Of a stretch of 64,000 bases of DNA, positions 48,216 through 58,252 are shown piece by piece. Numbering within the stretch: position 1 is the first letter of the stretch; each line of letters begins with the position of its first letter. A program made the position numbers and the translations under genes. Origin of the DNA: Candidatus Parcubacteria bacterium (lineage in GTDB: Bacteria > Patescibacteriota > Patescibacteriia > PEXW01). The stretch lies in NCBI GenBank assembly GCA_003597955.1, contig QZJU01000021.1:44880-108879 (forward strand), read 5' to 3'. The notes below the pieces were generated by a model. The model saw nothing but the letters and a program-made list of their open reading frames with translations. It searched no databases and was not told where the DNA came from.

Positions 48216-48815
48216 ATGGACAACCAACCTTCTCAAGAGCAAAAACCAAAAAGTAAGTTAAAAAGATTGGGTAAAAGAGTTTTAGCCGTAATAGTTGGGC
48301 TAGTGGCTTTGTTTGTCATTCTGATAATTGTTGCAGTTGCCACAGATAACAAAAATAGTAATAGTAACAGTGCTGGTAGTGAAAATAATAACGCAAGCAG
48401 CGTGGAGATGACCTATGAGAGTAAACTTGAAAAAGCAATCACTGATGAGATTGGCGCAAAAAATAATATGGATAAACCAAAAGTCAGGAGCGTTAAGGTG
48501 ATGAATCCTAATGAAACGTTGGTTGAAATCAACGGCGACGAGAACCTGACAAGTGGGATGACTAAAAAAGGAATTGATAAGGACATCCTCAACACGTTCA
48601 AGGCTATATTCGCCACTGATACAAACCCCAATCTCCTTGCGTCTGTTGATGTTTATTTCCCGACAGTGGACAAATACGGCAATGAATCCGATAACCGTGT
48701 TATCCGTGCTCTCCTTAAACGGGAAACTGCTAACAAGATACAGTGGGATAATATCTTGTTAGAAAATATCCCAGCCGTGTTCGATGATTACGATGAGTAT
48801 GTAAAGTTTGAGTAA
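48216..48815 (+). CDS. Membrane-anchored hypothetical protein (element cargo).
   Basis: N-terminal TM helix followed by a Ser/Asn-rich linker. Confidence 0.45.
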   Translation: MDNQPSQEQKPKSKLKRLGKRVLAVIVGLVALFVILIIVAVATDNKNSNSNSAGSENNNASSVEMTYESKLEKAITDEIGAKNNMDKPKVRSVKVMNPNETLVEINGDENLTSGMTKKGIDKDILNTFKAIFATDTNPNLLASVDVYFPTVDKYGNESDNRVIRALLKRETANKIQWDNILLENIPAVFDDYDEYVKFE

Positions 48816-48817
48816 CC

Positions 48818-50401
48818 ATGAATGCCGTCCTATTCGCCAGAGTGTCCAGTAAAGAGCAGGAGGAGTCAGGGTACTCCCTCCCCGCTCAAGAAAAACTCCT
48901 TAAAGAATACAGCGAGAGGAAAAGTTTTAGCATTGCTAAGATATTTTCCATTTCAGAGTCAGCAACTGGCAAAAAGCAACGGGAGACATTCAACGAGATG
49001 ATTGAGTATGTGACCAAAGGCAATATCAAGCACATCATCTGCGAGAAAGCCGACAGGCTGACCCGAAACTTCAAGGATATGGTGATGATTGATGACTGGC
49101 TGGGTAAGGACGCAGAACGGCAGGTGCACCTTGTTAAAGACTCTCTCGTCTTGCACCAAAACTCCCGCTCCCAAGAAAAGCTTAACTGGGGTATCCGTGT
49201 GCTGTTCGCAAAAAATTACGTTGATAATCTGGCCGAGGAGGTCAAGAAAGGCAAGCGTGAAAAAGTAGCGCAAGGATGGTATCCGACACGGCCACCTTTA
49301 GGGTATATTTCCGTGGGTGAAAGAAGCCACAGGATTTGCGTACCTGACGAACATAAAGCCCCTCTTATCAGGAAAATGTTTGAGTGGTACGCAACAGGCA
49401 ATTACTCCCTAAAGAAGGTGGTGGAAATGATGTATGAAACGGGCTTAAGGACAATCCACAATACCAAGGTACAAAAAAGTCGGCTTCACCAGATTTTGTC
49501 TGACCCCTTTTACTGCGGAAAAATTGTCTGGAAGGGTGAAGAATATCAGGGGAAACAAGAAAAAATCGTGTCAGAGGAGTTGTTTCAGCAAGTCCAAGCA
49601 ATCCTTAAGCAAAAAACGACCCCGCACTACCGCAAACACCTCTCGCTGTTTAAGGGGTTAATCAGGTGCAGTGAATGTGGCGGGTTAATCACTTGGGAAA
49701 CGCACAAAGGGCATTGGTACGGTCACTGCAACCATTACCGTAACTGCTCCAAAAAGGAGTATGTGAGGCAAGAAAAACTTGAGGAACAACTACTCAACCA
49801 ATTTGTAGCTATAGCGCCTAAAAGCGATAGGTTGGTCAAATGGATACAGGAAGCGCTCAAGGAAAGCCACGCAGACGAGATTACGTTCAATACCCAAGCC
49901 CGTGATGAGCTTAACCGTCGCTATGAACACGCCCAGAAGCGCCTAGAAGTCCTCTACGACGACAAAATTGACGGTAAGATAACTACGGAGTTCTACGAGG
50001 CCAAGTTCAAACAGTACAGCGCAGAGCAGAAGGCTGTTTTGAAATCACTTAATGACCACGATGACGCCAAGTCCAAGTATTACGAGCTTGGTGTTAATGT
50101 GCTCGAGCTGGCTCATAGGGCAAAAGAAATCTACGAGCACCCCAAAATGCTGGTTGAGCAGAGACGGACGCTACTTAACCATATTTTTTCGAACCTGCGC
50201 TTAAATGGCGATAGATTAGAGGTTTCTTACACGCCAGTAGTTGAGGTTTTAGCGCAATTGACTCCCGCCCTCAATAAAACTTTCGAACTCCAGAAAAGTA
50301 CCGCAAACACAACACTAACCCTTCAAAGTATGAACGGTTCTAGTGTTTGGTGCCGGAGAGAGGACTTGAACCTCCAAGGGCTTGCGCCCACACGGCTCTG
50401 A
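48818..50401 (+). CDS. Large serine recombinase (resolvase/invertase N-domain, recombinase domain and zinc ribbon).
   Basis: Catalytic Ser region AVLFARVSSKEQ, a recombinase domain, and a CSECGG...HCNHYRNC zinc ribbon. The last ~17 codons are encoded by tRNA-Leu sequence. Confidence 0.8.
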   Translation: MNAVLFARVSSKEQEESGYSLPAQEKLLKEYSERKSFSIAKIFSISESATGKKQRETFNEMIEYVTKGNIKHIICEKADRLTRNFKDMVMIDDWLGKDAERQVHLVKDSLVLHQNSRSQEKLNWGIRVLFAKNYVDNLAEEVKKGKREKVAQGWYPTRPPLGYISVGERSHRICVPDEHKAPLIRKMFEWYATGNYSLKKVVEMMYETGLRTIHNTKVQKSRLHQILSDPFYCGKIVWKGEEYQGKQEKIVSEELFQQVQAILKQKTTPHYRKHLSLFKGLIRCSECGGLITWETHKGHWYGHCNHYRNCSKKEYVRQEKLEEQLLNQFVAIAPKSDRLVKWIQEALKESHADEITFNTQARDELNRRYEHAQKRLEVLYDDKIDGKITTEFYEAKFKQYSAEQKAVLKSLNDHDDAKSKYYELGVNVLELAHRAKEIYEHPKMLVEQRRTLLNHIFSNLRLNGDRLEVSYTPVVEVLAQLTPALNKTFELQKSTANTTLTLQSMNGSSVWCRREDLNLQGLAPTRL

Positions 50402-50434
50402 ACCGTGCGTGTATACCAGTTTCACCACTCCGGC
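50348..50434 (-). tRNA. tRNA-Leu (anticodon CAG), long variable arm, 3' CCA encoded.
   Basis: The cloverleaf folds by eye. Acceptor GCCGGAG/CTCCGGC, anticodon loop UUCAGAG, T-arm GGAGG-TTCAAGT-CCTCT, then ACCA. Confidence 0.8.
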
Positions 50435-50581
50435 AATAGACCATGCGCTCGTATTATCCCTTGTTTGCCAGTTCCGCCACTAGGGCAGTATTTAAGGATT
50501 CCACCCCGCCACAGGACATACTGAAGTGCGTCGGCGGGATGTCGTCCCTAGCAGGCTTAAATTTTTATACAGCCTGGGCGC

Positions 50582-52399
50582 TTAGGGACTCCATTTCCAG
50601 AAGCGTTTGGTTTTAGTGTACCAGTTTGTAGCATCCAGAAAATAGTTGTTGGCAGTGAGCAAAGTGCCCGGAGAAGTTGAGCGCAAATTAACCGTGTTTA
50701 CAATTAAGGCTGAAGGTTGGTACAAAAATACGGCGGGCAAGTCTTTTTGAATTAGATTCTGAATTTTTTGGTTAAGCTCGGCTTTGGCTTCGGGCGTGAG
50801 ATTGGGTTTCTGGGTGTCGGTTAGCGCTTGGTCCAAGTCTTTATTGTAATAACTTGTCAGATTCAAGCCCGGATCAAAACTTTGGGTGGAATGCCAAAAA
50901 GGAAACAAGCTTAAAGTATTATCATAGCGGTCAGCATACAGCAAGGCTTCAAAATTTCGATTCTTTATCACATCTTTGGCCAAAGCCCCGGGATCGATTT
51001 TTCGGATTTCCACTTTGACGCCCAATTTTTGCCAGGCTTCGGCAACCAAGCTGGCAACATCTGTGTATTCTTTTATGTCCGGTACGGTTAAAACCAAAGA
51101 CAGTTCAGCCGTTCCCTTGGTGAAAAATTCCGCATCCTTTTTCCAGCCTGCGTCAGTTAAAAGTTTAGTCGCGGTTTCCAATTCTGTCTTCCGCCCGCTT
51201 GAAATACTTTCCCCGCCCGGCATGCCGTCTAGGACTGGACCGTTAATAAACCTTGCGTCAGGCCGGATTTTTTTAACAATCTCTTCAGTGTCGATGGCCG
51301 CGCTTAGAGCCAGGCGGATATTTTTTTCAGCCAGAAGCTTGTTTTTAAAGTTGAAAAAAATTGCAACAATTTGGGGCAAAGGTTGGTAATTTGCTTTTGC
51401 GCCCCGAAGCTTTACGGCTTTGCTAAAAAAATCATTGGCTACCAAACGCAAGCCGTCGGCCTGGCCTGAAGCGATTAGATCCAATTCGGCTTGGACGTCG
51501 GTCGCGAATCTGATTTTCAGTGTTTTTAAAAGCGCCGGCGTGGCTGCTTGGGCAAAGCGCTCCAAGGTCAAACCCCGTACATCTCCGGATTTTTCCATCT
51601 TGCGAATTTCCTTGAACATAAACGGTCCGCTACCCACAGGTTTAAGATTGAACTCCGTGGCGCTCATGGCGGCAGCTGGAATCTCCGCCCAAATATGGGC
51701 GGGCGCAATACCCAAACCTAAATTCATTATGAAATTTGCATCTGCTTTTTCTAGTTTAAAAATTATTCTTTTATCGTCCGGAATTTCAATTTTAACATCG
51801 CGGAATTTGGCATATTGCGGGCTGCCGACATTTGGATTTTGGATAGTTTCAAAAGTGAAACGAACATCTTCACTAGTAAGCGACTGGCCATCGTGCCAAC
51901 TTAGGCTTGGTTTTAACCACGCCGTAAAGGTTTTGCTGTCAGCGCTGGCCTCAATTTTTTCGGCCAAATCGTTTTCATATTTGCCCTCGGGCGTTAGGCG
52001 AACCAACCCGCTAAAAAACAGGGAAGTCAAGTTCGTGTCAACTTCGCTGCTGGCGAGAATTGGGTTAATAAACCTGGGCGCGCCCACCACCGCCACGGTG
52101 TATGTCCCGCCAACCGCGGGTTCGGGGATCCAATGGCGGTTTATGTATCGCGCCACCAAAAGCATTGCTGAAATAAAAAGCAAAAGTAAGGCCAAACGAA
52201 AAATCCAACCCTCGGTTCGGTTGAGGTATCGGAAAAGGTATGTAAATTGGGTTAGGCTGGGCCATCGGGTTTCATTGAGATTTTGCACGACCGCTTGATC
52301 CGTGGCGAGAGGCACGGCCGGACCCACTTCGGTTCGGCTGAAGAATTTTTGGAAAAGTTTTTTTAGCCCAGCGAAAAAGGAAGAAAAATTTATACGCAC
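50582..52399 (-). CDS. ABC transporter substrate-binding protein, family 5 (OppA/DppA-like).
   Basis: N-terminal TM anchor and SBP_bac_5-like length and pattern. Confidence 0.75.
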   Translation of the reverse strand: MRINFSSFFAGLKKLFQKFFSRTEVGPAVPLATDQAVVQNLNETRWPSLTQFTYLFRYLNRTEGWIFRLALLLLFISAMLLVARYINRHWIPEPAVGGTYTVAVVGAPRFINPILASSEVDTNLTSLFFSGLVRLTPEGKYENDLAEKIEASADSKTFTAWLKPSLSWHDGQSLTSEDVRFTFETIQNPNVGSPQYAKFRDVKIEIPDDKRIIFKLEKADANFIMNLGLGIAPAHIWAEIPAAAMSATEFNLKPVGSGPFMFKEIRKMEKSGDVRGLTLERFAQAATPALLKTLKIRFATDVQAELDLIASGQADGLRLVANDFFSKAVKLRGAKANYQPLPQIVAIFFNFKNKLLAEKNIRLALSAAIDTEEIVKKIRPDARFINGPVLDGMPGGESISSGRKTELETATKLLTDAGWKKDAEFFTKGTAELSLVLTVPDIKEYTDVASLVAEAWQKLGVKVEIRKIDPGALAKDVIKNRNFEALLYADRYDNTLSLFPFWHSTQSFDPGLNLTSYYNKDLDQALTDTQKPNLTPEAKAELNQKIQNLIQKDLPAVFLYQPSALIVNTVNLRSTSPGTLLTANNYFLDATNWYTKTKRFWKWSP

Positions 52400-52406
52400 A
52401 AATTTA

Positions 52407-52640
52407 TTAGACCGATCGAGTTTGAATGATCAAAATGGCCGCCGCCGTTCCGGCAAAAATCACACCCAGTACGATAGTGGTCATAAATAAAACTTTTTCC
52501 GCGCCGCGCTTGGTCCGGTAAACATTGCCTTCGCCACCAAAGACCGCGCCCAAACCCGCGCCTTTGGCTTGCATTAATATTGTCGCTGTCAGTAGAACCG
52601 CCGTGACAATCTCCACAATTGAAAGTATTTTTATTAACAT
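52407..52640 (-). CDS. secG: Preprotein translocase subunit SecG.
   Basis: 77-aa protein with two TM helices and the LLQxxKGxGLGxxFGG motif. Confidence 0.8.
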   Translation of the reverse strand: MLIKILSIVEIVTAVLLTATILMQAKGAGLGAVFGGEGNVYRTKRGAEKVLFMTTIVLGVIFAGTAAAILIIQTRSV

Positions 52641-52835
52641 AATATTTTTATGAATGCGAAATTCAGACTACAATTTTCAGGGTTTTTTGTCAACCCCTTT
52701 TGGTTTTCTTTCTTTTGGCGTGAAGCTTGAGAATCTGAAAAACCCTTTTGCCATGCACGGCCATCCTAGGTTTTCGCTTTTTGTCACGGCGCTTAGTTTT
52801 TAATTCCAGGCGTTTGATGGTGTCAGTCATAATTC

Positions 52836-52890
52836 TACGAATTACGAATAAAGTACGAATTTACGAATTAGAGATAAGGGTATACGAATT
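52836..52890. promoter_or_regulatory. TACGAAT tandem-repeat cluster (five units) plus an ATAAGGGTATA element.
   Basis: TACGAATTACGAATAAAGTACGAATTTACGAATTAGAGATAAGGGTATACGAATT lies between the uvrC stop and the secG start. Confidence 0.5.
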
Positions 52891-52902
52891 AGGCAGTTGG
52901 CG

Positions 52903-54762
52903 TCAGAGATTCTCCAGGAGTTTTTCGGTTAATTTCGGACCTACCGCATTTGTCAGTTCTTTTTCGGAAGCCTGGCGGATCTTTTTTACTGAACCGAAAC
53001 GACTTAATAATAATTTTTTGTGCTTTGGGCCCAGACCATGGATTTCGTCCAAAGCTGATTCAACAGCGGCCTTTTGGTGTTTGCGTCGGAAACCGGCAAT
53101 GGAAAAACGGTGGGCCTCGTCGCGGATCCTTTCAATTAAAAACAAACCATCCGAGGGATTTGGCAATTTTACCGGCGGTCTGCCAGGCAAGAAGATTTTT
53201 TCGCGATCCGCTTGTTGGGGCAGGTTTTGGTGGCCGCCTTTGGCGATGGCTACGATTGGAACAGAAAATTTATTTCCGAGTTTTTGTTTGACAATGTTAA
53301 GCTGACCCAGGCCGCCGTCAAGAATAATTAAGTCGGGTAGAGGCAAGTGGGAAGACTTGGGATTAGGAACCAAGAACTTTGAACCGCGCCCTCCTGGTTT
53401 ATTGTCTGCTGTCCCTCGTTCTTGGTTTGCGTGCGTGAAGCGTCTCGCAAGCATTTCTGCTAGCATGGCCGGGTCATTGGCGACGGTAACGGTTTTAATA
53501 TTAAACCGGCGGTAAAACTTTTTTTCTGGCCTGCCATTAACGAAAACCACCATGCTGCCGCTCGAATGCTGGCCCATGAGGTTAGCCACATCAAAAGCCT
53601 CGATTCTTTTTGGCGGGTTCGGCAGCCTTAAAGCATCGCTTAATTCCTTTAGGCCTTTCCTAAGACGCAAATCATCTTTTTCAAAACTGGCTTTTTGCTG
53701 CCGCAGGAATTCGGCCGCGTTCAAATTACTGACCGCAAGCAGTTTTTTCAGCCGGCCTCTTTGCGGAACCAAGATTTTTGCGTTTAAGATGCTTTTCAAG
53801 ACTTTGGAGACCTTCAGCATAAAAGGCAGAATGAGTTTCTTGGGTAAATCCGTGGCTTGGGCGTAAAATTGTTCGATAAAACTGATTAAAATCCCGTTGG
53901 GGTTTTCATTCTTAATATGTTGCAAAAGTACGGTTTGTTTATCCAGCAGTTTGCCGGCGCGAATGACCAAGCGATTGACCGCAGCCAAGCTGCCCGAAAC
54001 CGCATAGCCGATAATGTCCAAATTTTGTTCCTGACCTAAGATGACATTTTGTCTTTGCATCAGCCGGCTTATGGCATGCAAGCGATCGCGTAGCAAGGCG
54101 GCGCGTTCAAACTGTTTTTGCTCGCTGGCTTTGCGCATTTTTTCGGTCAGGTCTTTTTCGATTACTCGGCTGTCGCCGCTAAGGAATTTGGTTAAGCCGT
54201 TGATGATTTCGCGGTAATTTTTCTGGCTTTGCTCATCCACGCCGTGGCCCAGACAGCGGTTTAAATGAAATTCAAAACAGGGTTTTTCCGGCGGGTTGGC
54301 GCAATTTTTGTAGGGGAAGATTTTTTTCAACAACCTTAAAGTTTCGTAAACTGCTGCCGATGAAACAAAAGGGCCAAAGTATCGAGAGCCGTCTTTGGCC
54401 AGACGGCGGACCGCGCTGACTGAAGGGTAAGTCTCGGCTAGCGCAATTTTTATGTATAGGAAATTCTTATCGTCTCGCATGACAATGTTGTAGGGTGGGT
54501 GGAATTTTTTAATCAGGGTGGTTTCCAACAGCAGGGCTTCCAATTCACTGGCTGTCACAATGGTTTCGATTTTGGCGATTTTGGCAACCATGTTTTTCTT
54601 GGCCGCCGAAAGTTGGGTATTTTTATTAAAATACGAACTGACCCGCGATTTTAATTTTATGGCCTTGCCTACATACAAAATTTCCCCGGTTTGGGAAAAG
54701 AATTGATAAACCCCGGGTTTTTTAGGCAGCACGGAAATTTGGTTTTTTAGACTAGGATTCAT
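52903..54762 (-). CDS. uvrC: Excinuclease ABC subunit C.
   Basis: N-terminal GIY-YIG (GVYQFF...ILYVGKA), UvrC middle domain, and C-terminal RNase H-like and HhH domains. Confidence 0.92.
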   Translation of the reverse strand: MNPSLKNQISVLPKKPGVYQFFSQTGEILYVGKAIKLKSRVSSYFNKNTQLSAAKKNMVAKIAKIETIVTASELEALLLETTLIKKFHPPYNIVMRDDKNFLYIKIALAETYPSVSAVRRLAKDGSRYFGPFVSSAAVYETLRLLKKIFPYKNCANPPEKPCFEFHLNRCLGHGVDEQSQKNYREIINGLTKFLSGDSRVIEKDLTEKMRKASEQKQFERAALLRDRLHAISRLMQRQNVILGQEQNLDIIGYAVSGSLAAVNRLVIRAGKLLDKQTVLLQHIKNENPNGILISFIEQFYAQATDLPKKLILPFMLKVSKVLKSILNAKILVPQRGRLKKLLAVSNLNAAEFLRQQKASFEKDDLRLRKGLKELSDALRLPNPPKRIEAFDVANLMGQHSSGSMVVFVNGRPEKKFYRRFNIKTVTVANDPAMLAEMLARRFTHANQERGTADNKPGGRGSKFLVPNPKSSHLPLPDLIILDGGLGQLNIVKQKLGNKFSVPIVAIAKGGHQNLPQQADREKIFLPGRPPVKLPNPSDGLFLIERIRDEAHRFSIAGFRRKHQKAAVESALDEIHGLGPKHKKLLLSRFGSVKKIRQASEKELTNAVGPKLTEKLLENL

Positions 54763-54793
54763 GGCAGCTAAAGTATATCAAGGATGATAGAAC

Positions 54794-54808
54794 TACGAAT
54801 TACGAATA
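54794..54808. promoter_or_regulatory. TACGAAT tandem pair in the divergent uvrC-uvrA intergenic region.
   Basis: CTACGAATTACGAATAC lies about 30 nt upstream of the uvrC ATG. Confidence 0.45.
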
Positions 54809-54887
54809 CTGTGATTTTAGTTTTTTCAAATCACGCCCACAAACTATACGGCCAACCACACCTAAGCCCAAAACCACCCTATACCCC

Positions 54888-54917
54888 TTGACCCACTCTT
54901 GACACATCTGCTACACT
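54888..54917 (+). promoter_or_regulatory. Candidate promoter for uvrA.
   Basis: TTGACC, 18-nt spacer, TACACT. Confidence 0.35.
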
Positions 54918-55004
54918 ATTTCCACTTTCTGCCGCTTTGGCAGACCCGCTTCTGGCGGGCTGGCATGAAACTCGCATTATTTTTTAATTGAAATATCGAA
55001 AAAA

Positions 55005-57875
55005 ATGGCAGAACTTATTAGGATCCGTGGCGCCCGGGTCCACAATCTAAAGAATGTTTCGCTGGATATCCCCCGGAATAAATTTGTGGTCTTCACCGGC
55101 CTTTCTGGTTCAGGCAAGTCGTCTTTGGCTTTTGACACGATTTACGCCGAAGGCCAAAGGCGTTATGTGGAGTCCCTGTCGGCATACGCGCGGCAGTTTT
55201 TAGGTTTGATGGACAAGCCCGATGTGGACCAAATCGACGGCCTTTCCCCGGCCATAGCCATTGATCAAAAATCCGTTTCTCACAATCCGCGTTCCACCGT
55301 GGGCACCGTGACGGAAATTTACGATTACCTTCGTTTGCTTTACGCTCGCATCGGAATTCCGCATTGCCCCAAGTGCGGCCGGGAAGTGCAAAGACAAACC
55401 ATTGAACAAATTCGTAAGCAAATCTTGGCTTGGCCGATTGGCACGCAAATAATGGTATTGGCGCCCATGGTCAGGGACCAAAAAGGTGAGCACAAGCACA
55501 TTTTTCAGAATATCCGTAAAGCCGGCTTTGTGCGCGTCAGGCTTGATGGAATCGTCACGGCTCTGGAGGAGGCCGAAAGGCTGGAATTGGACAAGCAAAA
55601 AAGACACTCGATTGAAATCGTGATCGACCGTTTGACTTTGGCCAAGGATTTGGAAAAACAAAGGCTGACCGAGTCTTTGGAAACCGCCGGTCGGTTGGGC
55701 AATGGCTTGATTCTCGTCACCCGTCAGGCGCAAAACGGCAAAGCCATCAACATTGACACTTTGTTCAGTCAGAACTTCGCTTGCCCGCACGACGGCACGA
55801 ATCTGCCACCGATTGAACCCAGGAATTTTTCTTTCAATTCCCCGCACGGCGCTTGCCCGGACTGCACGGGTTTGGGCACCAAGCTAGAAATCGACCCCAA
55901 GCTGGTGATTCCCAATCCTAAACTGACCATTGCTCAAGGCGCGATCCGGCCTTGGTCGCGTTCGGCCTCCAGCCAGACTTGGTATATGCGGATTATCGAG
56001 GCCGTGGCCCGGGAACTGAAGTTTTCTTTGAATACACCCGTAAAAGATTTGCCAAAAAAAGCTCTGGACGCGGTGCTTTACGGCACCGGCGAAAAGCAGT
56101 TTGATGTGAACAACACTTCGGGCGAAGGCAAGGTGCGCTCGTTTATGACCACTTACGAAGGCGTGATTCCGAATCTGATGCGGCGCTACAAAGAAACTGA
56201 TTCTGACTATATCCGCTCGGAAATTGAAAGGTATATGCGCGTTTGGCCCTGCCCGACCTGCGAGGGCCGGCGCTTGAAGCCGGAGATTTTGGGCGTAACC
56301 GTGGCCGGCCAAAATATCGCCAAGCTCACAGCCTGCACCGTGGAAAAAGCCGGCAAATTTTTTGCGGATTTGGCAAAGCCCAAAAGTTTGAGCGAGAAAG
56401 AAGAAAAGATCGCTAGGCAAATATTAAAAGAGATTCGTTCGCGTCTGGGCTTTTTGCAGAATGTCGGCTTGGACTACCTGACCTTGGATCGCGCGGCCTC
56501 CACGCTTTCTGGTGGGGAGTCGCAGAGAATCAGCCTGGCCACGCAAATCGGCTCTTCTTTGGTCGGGGTTTTATACATTTTAGATGAGCCCTCAATCGGC
56601 CTGCACCAAAGAGACAATGCCAAATTAGTCACGACTTTGAAGACCCTGCGGGATCTGGGCAACACAGTAATTGTGGTCGAACATGATGAAGAAACGATTT
56701 TGGCGGCTGATCATGTGGTGGATATCGGACCCGGGGCCGGGGAGCACGGCGGGCAGGTGGTGGCCGCGGGCTCGCCCAAGCAGATTGAAAAAAGTCGGCA
56801 TTCCCTGACCGGCCAGTATCTTTCCGGCCGAAAACGCATTGAGATCCCCGCGCGAGCCCGCAAGGGCAATGGTAAGGCCATCATAATCAAAGGCGCTCAG
56901 GAATTTAATTTGCAAAATCTGACCGTTAAAATTCCTTTGGGCATGTTTGTTTGCGTCACCGGCGTTTCCGGTTCGGGCAAGTCGACTTTAGTCACCGACA
57001 TTCTTTCGCGAGCATTGGCGCAGAAATTTTACAACGCCAAAGATTTGCCGGGTAAACACCAAGAGATAAAAGGCCTGGAAAATTTAGACAAGGTCATAAC
57101 TATTGATCAGTCGCCGATCGGCCGGACACCCCGTTCCAACCCGGCTACTTACACCGGAGTGTTTACGCCCATCCGGGATTTGTTCACCCAAATTCCTGAA
57201 GCCAAAGCTCGGGGCTTTGGGCCCGGCCGGTTCTCATTTAATGTGCCGGGCGGCCGCTGCGAAGCCTGCGAGGGCGACGGCCTGGTTAGGATTGAAATGC
57301 ATTTTCTGCCGGATGTGTATGTGGAGTGCGAAGAGTGTCATGGCCGCCGTTATTCTTCCCAGGTTCTGGAGATTATGTACAAAGGCAAAAACATCGCGGA
57401 TGTCTTAAATATGACCGTGGAGGAGGCATTGCAATTTTTCCGCAACATTCCAGCCATTAAAACCAAACTTCAGACCTTGCTGGATGTGGGTTTGGGCTAT
57501 ATTCATTTGGGCCAAAGCGCCACCACACTTTCCGGCGGCGAAGCTCAGCGGGTGAAATTGGCCACCGAGCTCTCGCGGCGCGCCACTGGCCGGACTTTAT
57601 ATATTTTGGACGAACCGACCACGGGCCTGCATATGGACGATGTCAAAAGATTGCTGAATGTTTTGAGCCAATTGGTGGATAAAGGCAATACGGTGATCGT
57701 TATCGAGCATAATCTGGATGTTATTAAGTGCGCGGATTGGGTGATTGACCTGGGCCCGGGCGGGGGCGACAAAGGCGGTAAGCTGATTGCCGAAGGCCGG
57801 CCGACTGAAGTCGCTAAGACTAAAATCAGCTATACCGGGCAGTATCTGAAGAAATTATTTGCTCACAAAAAATAA
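55005..57875 (+). CDS. uvrA: Excinuclease ABC subunit A.
   Basis: Two ABC ATPase modules and zinc-finger motifs; full length. Confidence 0.97.
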   Translation: MAELIRIRGARVHNLKNVSLDIPRNKFVVFTGLSGSGKSSLAFDTIYAEGQRRYVESLSAYARQFLGLMDKPDVDQIDGLSPAIAIDQKSVSHNPRSTVGTVTEIYDYLRLLYARIGIPHCPKCGREVQRQTIEQIRKQILAWPIGTQIMVLAPMVRDQKGEHKHIFQNIRKAGFVRVRLDGIVTALEEAERLELDKQKRHSIEIVIDRLTLAKDLEKQRLTESLETAGRLGNGLILVTRQAQNGKAINIDTLFSQNFACPHDGTNLPPIEPRNFSFNSPHGACPDCTGLGTKLEIDPKLVIPNPKLTIAQGAIRPWSRSASSQTWYMRIIEAVARELKFSLNTPVKDLPKKALDAVLYGTGEKQFDVNNTSGEGKVRSFMTTYEGVIPNLMRRYKETDSDYIRSEIERYMRVWPCPTCEGRRLKPEILGVTVAGQNIAKLTACTVEKAGKFFADLAKPKSLSEKEEKIARQILKEIRSRLGFLQNVGLDYLTLDRAASTLSGGESQRISLATQIGSSLVGVLYILDEPSIGLHQRDNAKLVTTLKTLRDLGNTVIVVEHDEETILAADHVVDIGPGAGEHGGQVVAAGSPKQIEKSRHSLTGQYLSGRKRIEIPARARKGNGKAIIIKGAQEFNLQNLTVKIPLGMFVCVTGVSGSGKSTLVTDILSRALAQKFYNAKDLPGKHQEIKGLENLDKVITIDQSPIGRTPRSNPATYTGVFTPIRDLFTQIPEAKARGFGPGRFSFNVPGGRCEACEGDGLVRIEMHFLPDVYVECEECHGRRYSSQVLEIMYKGKNIADVLNMTVEEALQFFRNIPAIKTKLQTLLDVGLGYIHLGQSATTLSGGEAQRVKLATELSRRATGRTLYILDEPTTGLHMDDVKRLLNVLSQLVDKGNTVIVIEHNLDVIKCADWVIDLGPGGGDKGGKLIAEGRPTEVAKTKISYTGQYLKKLFAHKK

Positions 57876-57878
57876 ACC

Positions 57879-57901
57879 CCTGGTCAATGACCTGGGGTTT
57901 T
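57879..57901. terminator. Bidirectional terminator between uvrA and csrA.
   Basis: CCCCTGGTCA-a-TGACCTGGGG stem with T-runs on both strands. Confidence 0.55.
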
Positions 57902-58102
57902 ATGCTTGCCGAGTAACCTTTTTATAAAGCCCGGGGTTTTTTCAGCTTCGATCTTGGCTTTAATTTCCTCGCGGTGGATTATGACATTGGCGGGAGCGTC
58001 AATACCGATACGGACTTGCCTGCCTTGAATTCCGAGAACCGTGAGAATTATATCGTCTCCGATGATTATTCTTTCCCCCGATTTCCGCGTCAGAATCAGC
58101 AT
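57884..58102 (-). CDS. csrA: Carbon storage regulator CsrA.
   Basis: [47 protein letters not shown] matches CsrA closely. AGGAGG ribosome-binding site. Confidence 0.85.
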   Translation of the reverse strand: MLILTRKSGERIIIGDDIILTVLGIQGRQVRIGIDAPANVIIHREEIKAKIEAEKTPGFIKRLLGKHKTPGH

Positions 58103-58252
58103 AAGGCCTCCTATGGCCTGGGAATAAGCGATTTTTGTGGTATTTTTTAAGGTTTACAAGTTTAAGCGAGTATAACAGGCTAACTTTTCTTGTCAAGAAT
58201 CTTAGCATTTTTAGCGATTGAGCTTTTGGTTCTTGGACGGTAGCATATAGTC

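Larger units (their letters stand above)
45398..50347. mobile_element. Putative integrated element (about 5 kb, lower GC) with a large serine recombinase, abutting tRNA-Leu.
   Basis: A block of AT-richer + strand small genes of phage-like character ends in a serine recombinase whose ORF reads into the tRNA 3' end. A tRNA-like structure sits at the opposite border. Confidence 0.5.
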
